From the IMG/VR virus record IMGVR_UViG_3300042541_001760, positions 62,001 to 126,000 of that record: a DNA stretch of 64,000 bases. The stretch is one strand, 5' to 3'. Position 1 is the first letter of the stretch, and each line of letters starts with the position of its first letter. The translations under genes and the position numbers were made by a program. The notes under the pieces are model-generated. The model saw nothing but the letters and a program-made list of their open reading frames with translations, did not search any database and was not told where the DNA came from. Of the stretch, positions 37,712-48,147 are shown one piece after another.

Positions 37712-38890
37712 CTATCGTAGACCCCCCTCTTTATTGACACGGAATACAGGACATGACATCATAATGTTTTTAGCTTCACCCCTAATTGGTTTATGTACAG
37801 TTGTGCTTGACCCACCACCTCTTTTATTTTTTCCATTAGGAACATATTCTCCAACATTACCTTTAAATTCGGCAATATATCTTGTAGTAACATTAGTATT
37901 TGGAACTGCCGGAACTTTTTCTTCCGATGGTTGAGTAATTTCATTAAATCCAACCCTCACTCTTGGTATTGAGTATTTGTATTTATCGTAATCTTCAGGT
38001 CTTGGGTGTGGTTCACCGCATTGATTTCTTTGTTTTTCATCACTTGATGGTGGTTCCATCTTTTCTTGACCTTTAAGGATGAAAGCCGTCCCAATGGGTG
38101 GATTAGGTCCTGATGTTCCATCATCATGATCACCTTTAGGGTTCTGAATTATGTTCTCGGATCCTTTACACCATTTATTAAACCCATTGGCGTTAAGTTG
38201 TTCTAATATATATGTTTTAACGGCATTGTTCCTTTCGGTGGATAATTGTAAAAATGATTTATCTTTCGCGGATTCCGTATTTCTATATCTACTTGCGGAA
38301 CTATCAACCTGTAATAAGTCAATACAAGCATCTCTATTACCTTTTCCTTCTACAAAAGGTTGTATCATATTAATTGTTATATCTCTTTTACCTGGTTCGG
38401 TTAACTCAGACAAATTATTTACAAAATAGAAATTAGTTAGATTCTCTTTTTTAAAGGTAATTTCCATCCCAGGATTTAATTCTTCAAGAGGTTTATCTTT
38501 ATCCTCATCAGAATCTATTTTATCTCTAAAAGTTATAACCTCTATCCATGTATTCTTTCTAGTATACTCAATAGTGTTAGCGGCGAATATCTGTTCCTTT
38601 TGACAAATTATTTCCCAAGTCTCCCTAGATGAAGTGTCTTCTTTTGGTATTTTACCATCCACTAATTTTTTATTCGCTAGTGTTTCTTTATAAAACTCAC
38701 CTCCAACGTAGTTTGTATTATTTTTCGCCCTCTCATTTGTTGTGAAAAAATTAAAACCGACCGATCGATCATCTGATTTATGAGTTGTGTTATAAGCAAT
38801 CTTTGTATTTTGCTCAATAATTAACCTTTTTTCTTTATATAGGTTTAATATTTGATGTCTTTCCTGTTCTGTTACTATAAATTTTTTCAT
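37712..38890 (-). CDS. Hypothetical protein with leader motif; possible OmpA-like central domain
   Basis: MKKFIVTEQERHQIL...IIEQ; SSAS...LSTERNNAVKTYI. Confidence 0.65.
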   Translation of the reverse strand: MKKFIVTEQERHQILNLYKEKRLIIEQNTKIAYNTTHKSDDRSVGFNFFTTNERAKNNTNYVGGEFYKETLANKKLVDGKIPKEDTSSRETWEIICQKEQIFAANTIEYTRKNTWIEVITFRDKIDSDEDKDKPLEELNPGMEITFKKENLTNFYFVNNLSELTEPGKRDITINMIQPFVEGKGNRDACIDLLQVDSSASRYRNTESAKDKSFLQLSTERNNAVKTYILEQLNANGFNKWCKGSENIIQNPKGDHDDGTSGPNPPIGTAFILKGQEKMEPPSSDEKQRNQCGEPHPRPEDYDKYKYSIPRVRVGFNEITQPSEEKVPAVPNTNVTTRYIAEFKGNVGEYVPNGKNKRGGGSSTTVHKPIRGEAKNIMMSCPVFRVNKEGGLR

Positions 38891-39210
38891 TAGAATAATT
38901 CGCTTTTTGGTAATTTATCTTGGTATATTGTATAATACTCATTTAAAAATGATAACAATTCTTGATGATCAATATAATCAATATCGTCAGATAGGAAACT
39001 CTCAAAGAAGTCATCATCATTGTCATCACTAAATTCATCCAAGAACTCTGAATCGGATTTTATTATATCATAACCAAATGCGGAAATCTCAACAATGGGA
39101 ATCTCGTCATTTCTAAGTTGATTATCCTCATCGTCTAATGTCCTAAAACTAACTTCTAATGTTTCCGCCGCATTATTAACGTAGTACGACACAATTTCCC
39201 TAATCTCCAT
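38890..39210 (-). CDS. Acidic hypothetical protein
   Basis: 106 aa ORF. Confidence 0.65.
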   Translation of the reverse strand: MEIREIVSYYVNNAAETLEVSFRTLDDEDNQLRNDEIPIVEISAFGYDIIKSDSEFLDEFSDDNDDDFFESFLSDDIDYIDHQELLSFLNEYYTIYQDKLPKSELF

Positions 39211-39211
39211 A

Positions 39212-39748
39212 TTAATTGTATTTATTAACCCTTCTGAACCAATCTAATGACTCATTTACGTTATCTTTAATGTCCCCAACGGAATCTTCATCCTCAACAT
39301 CATCAAGGAATTTAACATCAATCTCAAATTTTGGATCTTCGTCACCTTCATCTTCAAATGACTCATCATCTTCATATAAATCATAAGAACCGCCACACCA
39401 TTCACACTGTTCGTCGGTAAATTCATCATATCCAAGACCATTACAATGAGTGCATAAATCTTCACCATCTTCGTCACCCATTGTTCCGTATTCTAAATCA
39501 TCCTCACCATCACCAATCATATCTAATGGTAGATCCATACTTTCGTTGATGCCCATATTTGTGTATTTCTTGACCTCACCCCTATTATTAACGGTAATAC
39601 CATTTTTATCGTTGGCTAAATCCTGAACATACAAAGGTTGTTCCTTATTAGTTCCGTAATTGGTAACATAACCATCATAAAGGTGTTTATGTTTGTCAAG
39701 GATGTTGTTTCTTTCTTCCTCTGTAATGTTAAAAAAGTATGCTGCCAT
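39212..39748 (-). CDS. Acidic protein with leader motif and CxxC pairs
   Basis: ITEEERNNILDKH; CTHCNGLG..CEWCGG. Confidence 0.7.
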   Translation of the reverse strand: MAAYFFNITEEERNNILDKHKHLYDGYVTNYGTNKEQPLYVQDLANDKNGITVNNRGEVKKYTNMGINESMDLPLDMIGDGEDDLEYGTMGDEDGEDLCTHCNGLGYDEFTDEQCEWCGGSYDLYEDDESFEDEGDEDPKFEIDVKFLDDVEDEDSVGDIKDNVNESLDWFRRVNKYN

Positions 39749-39809
39749 ATCGTTATATTTTACTTATAAATATATTGATTAGTTAAAATAATAGTTATAT
39801 GATTAAAAT

Positions 39810-40061
39810 ATGAAATTTAATTTTGAAGACTTCCCAGAAGATGCCATCGTATTGGACGGATTGGATGAAGCAATAATAGGTATCACCGAGGAATTCGGAG
39901 GTAATGGTAGAGTATTATATTCAAGAGAAAAAATACTTGATATACTACAAAAGAGGGATGGTATGACGGAAGAAGAATCCGTTGAGTTTTACTATTTTAA
40001 TATAGTTGGGTTATATGCCTCTGAAAGTAATCCTATTTTTTTGGTTACAGATAAATTTTAA
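39810..40061 (+). CDS. Hypothetical phage protein
   Basis: DGLDEAIIG...DGMTEEESVEFYYFNIVG. Confidence 0.7.
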   Translation: MKFNFEDFPEDAIVLDGLDEAIIGITEEFGGNGRVLYSREKILDILQKRDGMTEEESVEFYYFNIVGLYASESNPIFLVTDKF

Positions 40062-40641
40062 CAATTAAACTAACTATTTTTGATGAGTATCGGTTAACCA
40101 TACTTGATATTCTACTGATGTCGTAATCACCATTTTTCTTATCCATTATTTTCATTACCCCACTTATCAAATTGTTTTTAACCTCATCAGCCATTTCCAA
40201 AACATCGTCAAAATGTTCATTGGTTTCTTTGTAATGGAATTCGTGTGCGATTCTTTCTTTACCCAGATAAAAATATTGTGAGGACTGTAACATATTTGTA
40301 ATCCCCGATTTTTGTAATGCCTTATAATACTTCCATAATAGGTTCATATTAAAATTCTCAAATATCTCCCTATTGTCGTGTATTACCTTAGCATCCATCT
40401 CAGTGATATTACCTCTTTTTTTAGCCTTTCTATCTTCAAGGTCTTTTAATAACATATACTTATCTTCGTTGGCTAACAGGGCTAATTTGGATCCGTTATC
40501 CCAATCCATACTATATTGTATTTGGTCAATCACAAAACTTTTTCTTGTAACCGTTCCTTTTATACCGGCAATTAAATCTTCACCGGACATTGCCAATAAC
40601 ACGATTCTATCACCAACTTCTAACTCAGGGTTCATTTTCAT
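40045..40641 (-). CDS. Hypothetical protein, DUF4314-like N-terminus
   Basis: GDRIVLL.M...GTV...WDNGSKLAL. Confidence 0.6.
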   Translation of the reverse strand: MKMNPELEVGDRIVLLAMSGEDLIAGIKGTVTRKSFVIDQIQYSMDWDNGSKLALLANEDKYMLLKDLEDRKAKKRGNITEMDAKVIHDNREIFENFNMNLLWKYYKALQKSGITNMLQSSQYFYLGKERIAHEFHYKETNEHFDDVLEMADEVKNNLISGVMKIMDKKNGDYDISRISSMVNRYSSKIVSLIVKIYL

Positions 40642-40685
40642 AATATTTTTTTTAACAATAAATATAAGCGTAGTATTTATATATT

Positions 40686-41315
40686 ATGAATTTTAACATT
40701 TTAATTAGCGAAAGTCAAAGAAAAAAGCTTATTATTGAAAGTGTTGGTGATAATTTAGGTAAAGACACCAAAAAATTATTTGACCTAACCAAGAACGTAA
40801 TAAATCAATCTTCAGAACAACTGGGGATGAATTTACAATTTATGTTAACTTGGGGAGCGTCAATTGGGGGTCTAATGGGGCCTTTAAGTGATTACATTGA
40901 GGGTAGGTCCCCTTCCATTACTGATATGGATAAAAGTTTGATTTTAGTTGGTGTCATATCTGTTTTATATTATGACAACAAAGAAGCAATTGAAAAAATT
41001 CTAAGAAAGATTAAAGAAAATGGGTTATCTGATGATTTTTTGGATACTCTAAGAAAAGGTAAGGAAATTAAAAAGACGTTCTTGGATTTCTTATCGTCAT
41101 TGAATATATCGGCTCATAAGATGACAAACATTATGAGTTATACTTTCATAATACCACTATTACCGATGTTATATACCATTTCACAATCGGGAGATGTATC
41201 ACCTGAAGATATTGAAAGTATTGTAAGGAGAATTGCCGGATTCGGTATGTTAACCATTTCAGGTATTACCTTGAAGGAGTTAATCAGTAAGGTTATTCGG
41301 AGGTTTAGTGATTAA
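40686..41315 (+). CDS. Hypothetical membrane-associated protein with leader motif
   Basis: ILISESQRKKLIIES. Confidence 0.7.
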   Translation: MNFNILISESQRKKLIIESVGDNLGKDTKKLFDLTKNVINQSSEQLGMNLQFMLTWGASIGGLMGPLSDYIEGRSPSITDMDKSLILVGVISVLYYDNKEAIEKILRKIKENGLSDDFLDTLRKGKEIKKTFLDFLSSLNISAHKMTNIMSYTFIIPLLPMLYTISQSGDVSPEDIESIVRRIAGFGMLTISGITLKELISKVIRRFSD

Positions 41316-41715
41316 TATTATTTATGGTTTCATAAATATATGAAACATTAATTTTCAGTTCATCGTTAGCGGCACTAAAATTTAGATAAGGTACCATTGG
41401 ACCCATTAAAGTATAATCTCTAGGACCAGGATTACCAACAAAATTATATTCATTATTGAGACCTAACTTATCAAAAAAACTTTCCACTTTATAGGTAAGT
41501 TGACGTGATGTACTACATATATCATCCAAGTCCCCCTCAGAATAAACAGATAAATAAAAATCAAAATTAATCTCCTCAACAGAACCTTTAAGGATAAAAG
41601 GAGTGATATCAATTTTTAATTCATCCCCCTCATATCCGAGTTCGTTTAACAACATATATTTTATATTCTGAGTTCTTTTTTTTATGAACTCCGGATTAGA
41701 CACATCATTTTTCAT
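41305..41715 (-). CDS. Hypothetical protein
   Basis: 136 aa ORF. Confidence 0.6.
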   Translation of the reverse strand: MKNDVSNPEFIKKRTQNIKYMLLNELGYEGDELKIDITPFILKGSVEEINFDFYLSVYSEGDLDDICSTSRQLTYKVESFFDKLGLNNEYNFVGNPGPRDYTLMGPMVPYLNFSAANDELKINVSYIYETINNINH

Positions 41716-41718
41716 TAT

Positions 41719-42060
41719 CTATATATTAATTTGATTTAGTTTTGCTCTATGCCCTAAATTTAACATTTCAAAAAATTCATCAACTTTATTGGTTATTCCA
41801 CGCTCAAATAAGTAAGTTTTGTCATATAATTTGTTAAATATTGGTGCTAACATGCCGCTATACGACAAAACATCAATATCAAATACAATATAATCAGTCC
41901 AAGTACCAACTAATATCATTTCTTTAGTTCCAACAATTCTTAGTTTAAATTTTATTTCAATCTCAATCTCATCAAAATTGACAACAGGTCCGGCATAAGT
42001 AAGAACTTTCTTATCTAACCTATCATTTATTTTTTGTATGAATTCCTCAGATATCTTCAT
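41719..42060 (-). CDS. Hypothetical protein
   Basis: 113 aa ORF. Confidence 0.6.
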   Translation of the reverse strand: MKISEEFIQKINDRLDKKVLTYAGPVVNFDEIEIEIKFKLRIVGTKEMILVGTWTDYIVFDIDVLSYSGMLAPIFNKLYDKTYLFERGITNKVDEFFEMLNLGHRAKLNQINI

Positions 42061-42485
42061 CCCTTATTAATTTTTTTTGTGGAGATTATCTCAACACCCT
42101 TACCTTTATTTTTAAGAGTTATCTCTTTTTCATTTGGATATAAGATATTATTTTCAAGGGTTTCCATAACATCCACCATTGATTTTTTTGCCTTTACCGT
42201 AACCAAATAATATTCCTCTCCACTTCCTGTAACATAATCGTGGGACGATAATAGGTTTTTCCTGTCGGTAGAGTAGTGGGATCCTAATTCCTCTTTATTG
42301 ATATCGTCTTTTGAGTCAACGGATAATATGCGATATAGTTTTAGTTCTTCGGGTAACTCTTTAACATAACTAACAATATCCCCCAATTCAGATTTAGCAT
42401 CCTCACCGGTAATGTCCATTGTTTTAAGCAACGACATTAAACGCTTCTTATTTATTGTTTCATTTAGTAACCCTAATAACTTCAT
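42057..42485 (-). CDS. Possible ADP-ribosyltransferase-fold protein
   Basis: LYR...HYST...NEKEI (R-S-E pattern). Confidence 0.5.
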   Translation of the reverse strand: MKLLGLLNETINKKRLMSLLKTMDITGEDAKSELGDIVSYVKELPEELKLYRILSVDSKDDINKEELGSHYSTDRKNLLSSHDYVTGSGEEYYLVTVKAKKSMVDVMETLENNILYPNEKEITLKNKGKGVEIISTKKINKG

Positions 42486-42682
42486 ACTAATAAATACATA
42501 CTATGTCTTCTTCGTGAATAATTTCTCTTCAAAAATCTCAAAATAAAACTCATCCATACAAAAATAGAGTCGTTTTGCTTTTTTGTCTTTAACTAAATTA
42601 CCCATCTCAACTAGTTTAGGTTGATTGGAAAGTGGAACTGATATCGTCTTGCTTTTTGCCATAATAGCAAAGATACGAAAAA

Positions 42683-42808
42683 TTATCTTCCCTGCCCTTT
42701 ATATTTTTTAGGTTTTTCCGCTTTAGGTCCAAATTTCTTTTTGAATTTACCTGTTCTTTTTCTTCCGAAAGAAACTTTAGTGGAAGATGATGATGTTTTT
42801 GATGCCAT
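42683..42808 (-). CDS. Small basic peptide (41 aa)
   Basis: MASKTSSSSTKVSFGRKRTGKFKKKFGPKAEKPKKYKGQGR*. Confidence 0.55.
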   Translation of the reverse strand: MASKTSSSSTKVSFGRKRTGKFKKKFGPKAEKPKKYKGQGR

Positions 42809-42925
42809 ATGATATAAGTTTATAGTAAATAAATATACCAAAAACAAAAAGGGGCCGTAGCGAATGGCCCCTTTTAACTTTCCGTCACTACAACGGTCCT
42901 AAAGTCCCCACAAGTAATCGGGGAG

Positions 42926-43441
42926 TTATTTTCCTTTGATTAGCATTAAACAACGCTTCAAATATTCCTTCGTTCTTGGTGATGGAGTGTAATCATCATT
43001 CTTAGTTTGTAATGATAATACTTTCTCAATGTCTTTTACTAGTTCATCCCCGTGTTCATTCTCTTTATACAACTCAATAATCTTCTCCATCGCTTGATTA
43101 CACTCACCTGAAGTTTCATCAAAATAATTTCTTGTTTTGAATTTGTTCAAATGGTGAAGTAGGTCGTAAGATAAATGTTCACCCTTATCTTTGATGTCAT
43201 TATTCAATCTAATAGTTTTAAGAAGGTCTAGTGTATCAACAATACCATTTATACCACCAGATCTCTTGGTAATTGATGGTGCGTATGTCTTGAAACTATC
43301 AGAGTCACCAACAATCTCATCCAAAGACGCAGTATTTGTTGTTAAACATCTTTGTTTTTTCTCCTCAACTTGTTCTTCTTCGGAGATTACTCTCTTAACT
43401 ATTTTTTTAATATCGCTTTCAGTTAATTTTATAACTTTCAT
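42926..43441 (-). CDS. Hypothetical protein with LTESD leader
   Basis: MKVIKLTESDIKKIVKRVISEE. Confidence 0.7.
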   Translation of the reverse strand: MKVIKLTESDIKKIVKRVISEEEQVEEKKQRCLTTNTASLDEIVGDSDSFKTYAPSITKRSGGINGIVDTLDLLKTIRLNNDIKDKGEHLSYDLLHHLNKFKTRNYFDETSGECNQAMEKIIELYKENEHGDELVKDIEKVLSLQTKNDDYTPSPRTKEYLKRCLMLIKGK

Positions 43442-43482
43442 AATTTATCCTTTTAGAATAAATACTTCAAAAGCAATAAAAA

Positions 43483-43701
43483 TTATTTATTATCATCGTT
43501 TTCTTCCACGACAAGTTTATCCGAGTGAATATGAACCCAGATATCCCAAATAAAGAAATAAAGGAACCATTGAATTTTTGATAATTCAAATTCGGTTGGG
43601 TTACTTAAATTCATAAATAAATAATATAAAACGTACCCACCCGCAACTATTTTTGATAATCCTAATATTATCCCAAATATTTTTTTTAGAATCTCGTTCA
43701 T
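43483..43701 (-). CDS. Small membrane protein
   Basis: Two hydrophobic segments. Confidence 0.55.
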   Translation of the reverse strand: MNEILKKIFGIILGLSKIVAGGYVLYYLFMNLSNPTEFELSKIQWFLYFFIWDIWVHIHSDKLVVEENDDNK

Positions 43702-44096
43702 AATTTTACTGTAAATCTATTTTTCATCATTTCTAATTTATCATCAGGAACTCCGTGTTCGTTTTTACCTCCGTGACGATTTTCTGTAATAATGGAAGTC
43801 ACGCGATAACCTAGTTCTTCTGCCATCTTATAATAATCGTCCATCTCCCATTCTTGTGTAAATGTGTTGGATACCACAACAGGTGAATGTTCGTATTTCA
43901 TAAGATGCGCAACTTCTGCCTTACACCAAGAGTGAGCGTCTTTTATTTTTGAGGGGTCAAAATTATAGTTACCCTCTCTATCAACAAAAAACATATCAGC
44001 TTCCTTATGACAATAATCCTTATCAACCAATAATTTAGCCAATGTTGATTTACCTGACCCAGGTAGTCCACGAAGTAATATCAGATTTTTTTCCAT
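43698..44096 (-). CDS. P-loop kinase (polynucleotide-kinase / AAA_33-like)
   Basis: LLRGLPGSGKST, EAD, VVVSNT, HGVP; start moved to MEKNLI. Confidence 0.8.
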   Translation of the reverse strand: MEKNLILLRGLPGSGKSTLAKLLVDKDYCHKEADMFFVDREGNYNFDPSKIKDAHSWCKAEVAHLMKYEHSPVVVSNTFTQEWEMDDYYKMAEELGYRVTSIITENRHGGKNEHGVPDDKLEMMKNRFTVKL

Positions 44097-44148
44097 ATCA
44101 CAAATGTAGTGTTTTTTTAAACACAAAACAAAGTATATTTATAAAAAT

Positions 44149-45138
44149 ATGTTAATACGACTATTGTTTTTATTTTTGTTATTTTCAGGAACATTACTTG
44201 GTCAATGTATACCAATAGACGCCGGTTCTGATTTTGTTTTAAATTGTAGTAACCCTTGTACGACTTTGGTTGGTAATTACACTCAAACATTAGAAACAAC
44301 ATCTTATTTAATTTCATCAATCCCATATAACCCTAATCCTTATACTGTTGGGACTTTATATACAATACCAATTGACGATAGATGGTCTGGCGTGATAAAC
44401 CTACCGTTCCCTTTTTGTTTTTTTGGTAATACATATAACCAATTTGTTTTGGGAACAAATGGTATCATCTCGTTTAATCTATCATACGCAAATCTATATT
44501 GCCCTTGGCCGTTCACTAACACCATCCCAACGAATTGGGCGACCCCCGCACCAGGTTTTCCAAGATCAATGATTGGTCTGTATCACGATATTGACCCATC
44601 AGTTGCGTCAGACCCAACCGAACCTTGTCAACCAAATTGCGGTGAAGTTAGATATGGAGTTTATGGGAATTATCCTTGTAGAAAATTCATAATATCATTT
44701 AATAATATACCACATTATAATTGTAATTTAAACCGATCTAAATTCCAATTAGTATTGTGTGAACTGACCAATGTTATTGAAATTCATGTAGAAAAAAAGC
44801 AAACCTGTGGGTCTTGGAATGGGGGTAGGGCATGTTTGGGAATTCAAAATGGACTTGGTACAATAGGATACGCCCCACCAGGGAGAAATACAGGAAATTA
44901 CACCATATTTATACCTGAGGCGTGGAGATTTAGTCCTAACGGATCGGTATCGTCATTTCCTAAATGGGTAGACCCAAATGGATTAGTTGTCTCAAATACT
45001 AACACATTAACCGATTGTTTTAATTCGGGTCAATATTCATTTATGGTTAATTACAATTGCCCACAAAATCTAACATTGGTTGATAATGTTAATGTGAATA
45101 TTATTAATAACATAAATGTGGAATTATATACTGACTGA
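44149..45138 (+). CDS. Exported Cys-rich Bacteroidota-type surface protein (nidogen-like; no obvious C-terminal T9SS domain)
   Basis: Signal peptide; DD.WS..INLPFPFCFFG, FQLVL.E.TNVIE.H. Confidence 0.65.
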   Translation: MLIRLLFLFLLFSGTLLGQCIPIDAGSDFVLNCSNPCTTLVGNYTQTLETTSYLISSIPYNPNPYTVGTLYTIPIDDRWSGVINLPFPFCFFGNTYNQFVLGTNGIISFNLSYANLYCPWPFTNTIPTNWATPAPGFPRSMIGLYHDIDPSVASDPTEPCQPNCGEVRYGVYGNYPCRKFIISFNNIPHYNCNLNRSKFQLVLCELTNVIEIHVEKKQTCGSWNGGRACLGIQNGLGTIGYAPPGRNTGNYTIFIPEAWRFSPNGSVSSFPKWVDPNGLVVSNTNTLTDCFNSGQYSFMVNYNCPQNLTLVDNVNVNIINNINVELYTD

Positions 45139-45161
45139 TATTTATTATAAAAATTAAAAAT

Positions 45162-45533
45162 ATGAATTTAGATAATCTAATACGAAGAATTCTTAAGGAA
45201 GAATTTGAAAGTGATTACTTACCGAACTTAACCGGTGTTGTAATTGAAGAGGATGAGTATGGTTCTGTGGAGTTAATTATGATTAATGAAGCCAAATACC
45301 ATAATAAGACGGTAACCTTAAATAAACCTTTCTACACCCCTGGCGGACCTAAAAAGCGTTCAGTTTATGTTAAAAACGCAAAGGGTAATGTGGTTAAAGT
45401 TAATTTTGGGGATCCGAATATGAGAATAAAAAAATCAAGTCCGTCACATCGTAAATCATTCAGGGCTAGACATAATTGTCAAAATCCCGGACCAAAGACT
45501 TCTGCCAAATACTGGAGCTGCAGGGCTTGGTAA
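45162..45533 (+). CDS. Phage protein with leader and basic C-terminal domain
   Basis: MNLDNLIRRILKEE; VKVNFGDPNMRIK...RKSFRARHNC..YWSC..W. Confidence 0.7.
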   Translation: MNLDNLIRRILKEEFESDYLPNLTGVVIEEDEYGSVELIMINEAKYHNKTVTLNKPFYTPGGPKKRSVYVKNAKGNVVKVNFGDPNMRIKKSSPSHRKSFRARHNCQNPGPKTSAKYWSCRAW

Positions 45534-45563
45534 ACAAAAAAGGGACTTAATGTCCCTTTTTAA

Positions 45564-46607
45564 TTAATATCCACCGTCTTGTCTTGGGTCTTCACTTAAT
45601 GTCCGAACCCAATCACTAATCTCGGCCGTAATAGTTGTTGTGATATCACCTGTTGTAGTAATAGTCACATTTGGATTATCATTAATCAAAGTAAGTCCTT
45701 GACCCTGACCTACAATTCTATTATTCTCATACTCTCTTTCGTCATACACAGGAATAAGTTCATTTTCATAACGATTAGCTCTAATTACATCTGAGTATTT
45801 ATCTTCTTCCGCCTTTCTTGTTTCGGGATCCAAATATTCTAAATTATCCTTGGTGTCTTTTATCTCCTCTCTAATAACATCCAAAATTTCACTGGTTAAT
45901 TCAGTCATCAAAGAATCAATACGACTATCCTTTTCATTCCAAAAAGTTATTTCTTTCTCATAGATATAATAATGTATTGCTACCTTATAACCCGTGTTTT
46001 TATTAATTGCGTAAATTAGAATAGACCCCTTAGCATACTTAAAGAAATATTGTGGGTCATTTTCCATTGTCGTACACCACTTTGTCCCCGCTCCGTATTT
46101 TCTTGATGAACTAAAAGTTAAAGGTCTAATTATCAACCATCCGCTCTCATCGTTATCATATACCACCTTAACTTGTTTTTCCAAATTTTTATCCATAACC
46201 TTAAGTTCCGATACTGAAACCTCTCTCATTAACTCAGAAAAAGTTTTATAGGTTGTGATATCTTTATTAACAATTAAATTTCTTTCATTATACTCAATAA
46301 AAGTTTTAAGTGTTTGGATATCGCTAGAAGATAACAATCTATCCATAAAAGATGAAACCACACTTAATTCTATCTTAGTTAAACTATATACTTTTTTGGC
46401 GTCAAGACCGTAACCAACTAAACCTGTTCTAATATCCTCATAATAGTAATCAGAATATCTTTCCGTGTCGTTATTCTCATTCTTTAAAATGTTCGTGAGT
46501 AACTCAATATATTTACTTTTTTCGTTGGGTAGTATAAAAGTGAAGACATCATAAACACTTAGGTTTAGGAATTTATTTTGTTTTTTTAGTTCGTCTATTT
46601 TTGACAT
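45564..46607 (-). CDS. Hypothetical protein (PcfJ-like domain possible)
   Basis: WLIIRPLT...KYGAGTKWCTT; start moved to MSKIDE. Confidence 0.65.
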   Translation of the reverse strand: MSKIDELKKQNKFLNLSVYDVFTFILPNEKSKYIELLTNILKNENNDTERYSDYYYEDIRTGLVGYGLDAKKVYSLTKIELSVVSSFMDRLLSSSDIQTLKTFIEYNERNLIVNKDITTYKTFSELMREVSVSELKVMDKNLEKQVKVVYDNDESGWLIIRPLTFSSSRKYGAGTKWCTTMENDPQYFFKYAKGSILIYAINKNTGYKVAIHYYIYEKEITFWNEKDSRIDSLMTELTSEILDVIREEIKDTKDNLEYLDPETRKAEEDKYSDVIRANRYENELIPVYDEREYENNRIVGQGQGLTLINDNPNVTITTTGDITTTITAEISDWVRTLSEDPRQDGGY

Positions 46608-46611
46608 ATCG

Positions 46612-47658
46612 TTATTTGTTAAATCTGTTAAGAGCGTTTTCAGTAATGAATACAAATTTTGATTCTTTAAAGTTTTCTAAATTTATTGAATTGGTGTAGG
46701 ACATTGCCGAACTAAGGTAATCATTGAAATTAATCACCCACTGACTCACGGAATATTCTACTTTATTAAATTTAGTAATTCCTTCTGAGGTTTTCAATAC
46801 CTTACGACCCCATTTTTTCTGAACATCTTTTGTACTCATACCTCTGAATGATTTATAGAGATGTTTTTTTAGAAATGGAACATTTTTCCAAATATATTCA
46901 GCATTTTTTTGCGAAATTTTAATCTTCTTAAATAATAGATTATCTCCGCAAGAATCCAACGACTTATTTAATATTCCACCCAACATAACATAGTCAGCAC
47001 CCAAGGCTAACGCCTTAATGATATCATCATAGTTTCTAAAACCACCATCGGCGACGATTTTACTTTTATACTTACCTCTTTTTTTAATTTCATAACATTC
47101 GTTAATTAACGATGCCATAGGGTAATGAACTCCGGTATTTGCTGAGGTTAAACAACCCGATCCACCACCAATTCCGACACGAATAAAATCAACACCAAGT
47201 TCGGCGTATTGTCTATAAGTTTCAGGGTTGGCAATATTACCTACCATTAATTTATGACCTAACCAATGCTTTTTTATTGACATAAATTTATCAACAAGAT
47301 GGTATAGTTTTTTCATATGACCATTGGCAATATCTATTAAGATATTTAAATCAGGCATATTACCCATATAGTAATCTGTGGTATAATCATCAATAAAGTT
47401 CTCAAAATCATCCAAAGACATTGATATGAAATGATTATTATTATGTTCATCAGGTTCAATACCTCTTGGAAAGCATGTTACCATACCACAATTAGAAAAA
47501 ACCTTACTATTTTCTAAACTAACCACGGTATCCATTGGTGATACCATAATCGGTAAGAAATGTTCGTCATTAAAGGTATCAACATCTCTTCTACTATCAA
47601 TATCAGTTAATGTTTCGGGCACAAGGACAATATCCTTAAAATCAAATTTATTTATCAT
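46612..47658 (-). CDS. guaC: GMP reductase / IMPDH family
   Basis: SPMDTV, IDIANGH, VGIGGGSGCLT, ADGG, FRGMST, SAMSY; no CBS domains. Confidence 0.8.
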   Translation of the reverse strand: MINKFDFKDIVLVPETLTDIDSRRDVDTFNDEHFLPIMVSPMDTVVSLENSKVFSNCGMVTCFPRGIEPDEHNNNHFISMSLDDFENFIDDYTTDYYMGNMPDLNILIDIANGHMKKLYHLVDKFMSIKKHWLGHKLMVGNIANPETYRQYAELGVDFIRVGIGGGSGCLTSANTGVHYPMASLINECYEIKKRGKYKSKIVADGGFRNYDDIIKALALGADYVMLGGILNKSLDSCGDNLLFKKIKISQKNAEYIWKNVPFLKKHLYKSFRGMSTKDVQKKWGRKVLKTSEGITKFNKVEYSVSQWVINFNDYLSSAMSYTNSINLENFKESKFVFITENALNRFNK

Positions 47659-47659
47659 A

Positions 47660-48115
47660 TTAGTTAGTTTTCAAATTTTCTTTTTCCTCAAAACTCAATA
47701 ATCCTTTACCATATTTTTCAACCCTTTCTTGATATCGGGTTTTAATTCTGTTGGATATTGGTATTGGATTACCCTCATCATCAATTCTGACGAATTTAAT
47801 GTGGGTATGGGTTACAACATCTTGTTCACCTGTATAAACATTGTGTTTTCTAACCTCAATATATAAAGTTACTGATGTTCTACCGAATTCTTTAACGCTA
47901 GCATACGCTTTTAATAAGTTACCAATCTTAACAGGTTTCTTGAATAACAATTCATCTATTTTGATTGTGACCATTCTTGGGGTGTCACATATTTGACAAG
48001 CATAAACTGCGCCGGCTTCATCAATTAATGACATCATATCACCACCGAACATATTTCCGTGGATGCCGATCTCATTGGACATACAAATTTTTGTGGTTAT
48101 CAGTTCCATTTCCAT
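47660..48115 (-). CDS. Acyl-CoA thioesterase (hotdog fold)
   Basis: HGNMFGG.MM.LIDEA, FKKPV, GRTS, FVRIDDEGNP. Confidence 0.85.
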   Translation of the reverse strand: MEMELITTKICMSNEIGIHGNMFGGDMMSLIDEAGAVYACQICDTPRMVTIKIDELLFKKPVKIGNLLKAYASVKEFGRTSVTLYIEVRKHNVYTGEQDVVTHTHIKFVRIDDEGNPIPISNRIKTRYQERVEKYGKGLLSFEEKENLKTN

Positions 48116-48147
48116 CAAATTATACCATAAAAAATCATAAATATCAA

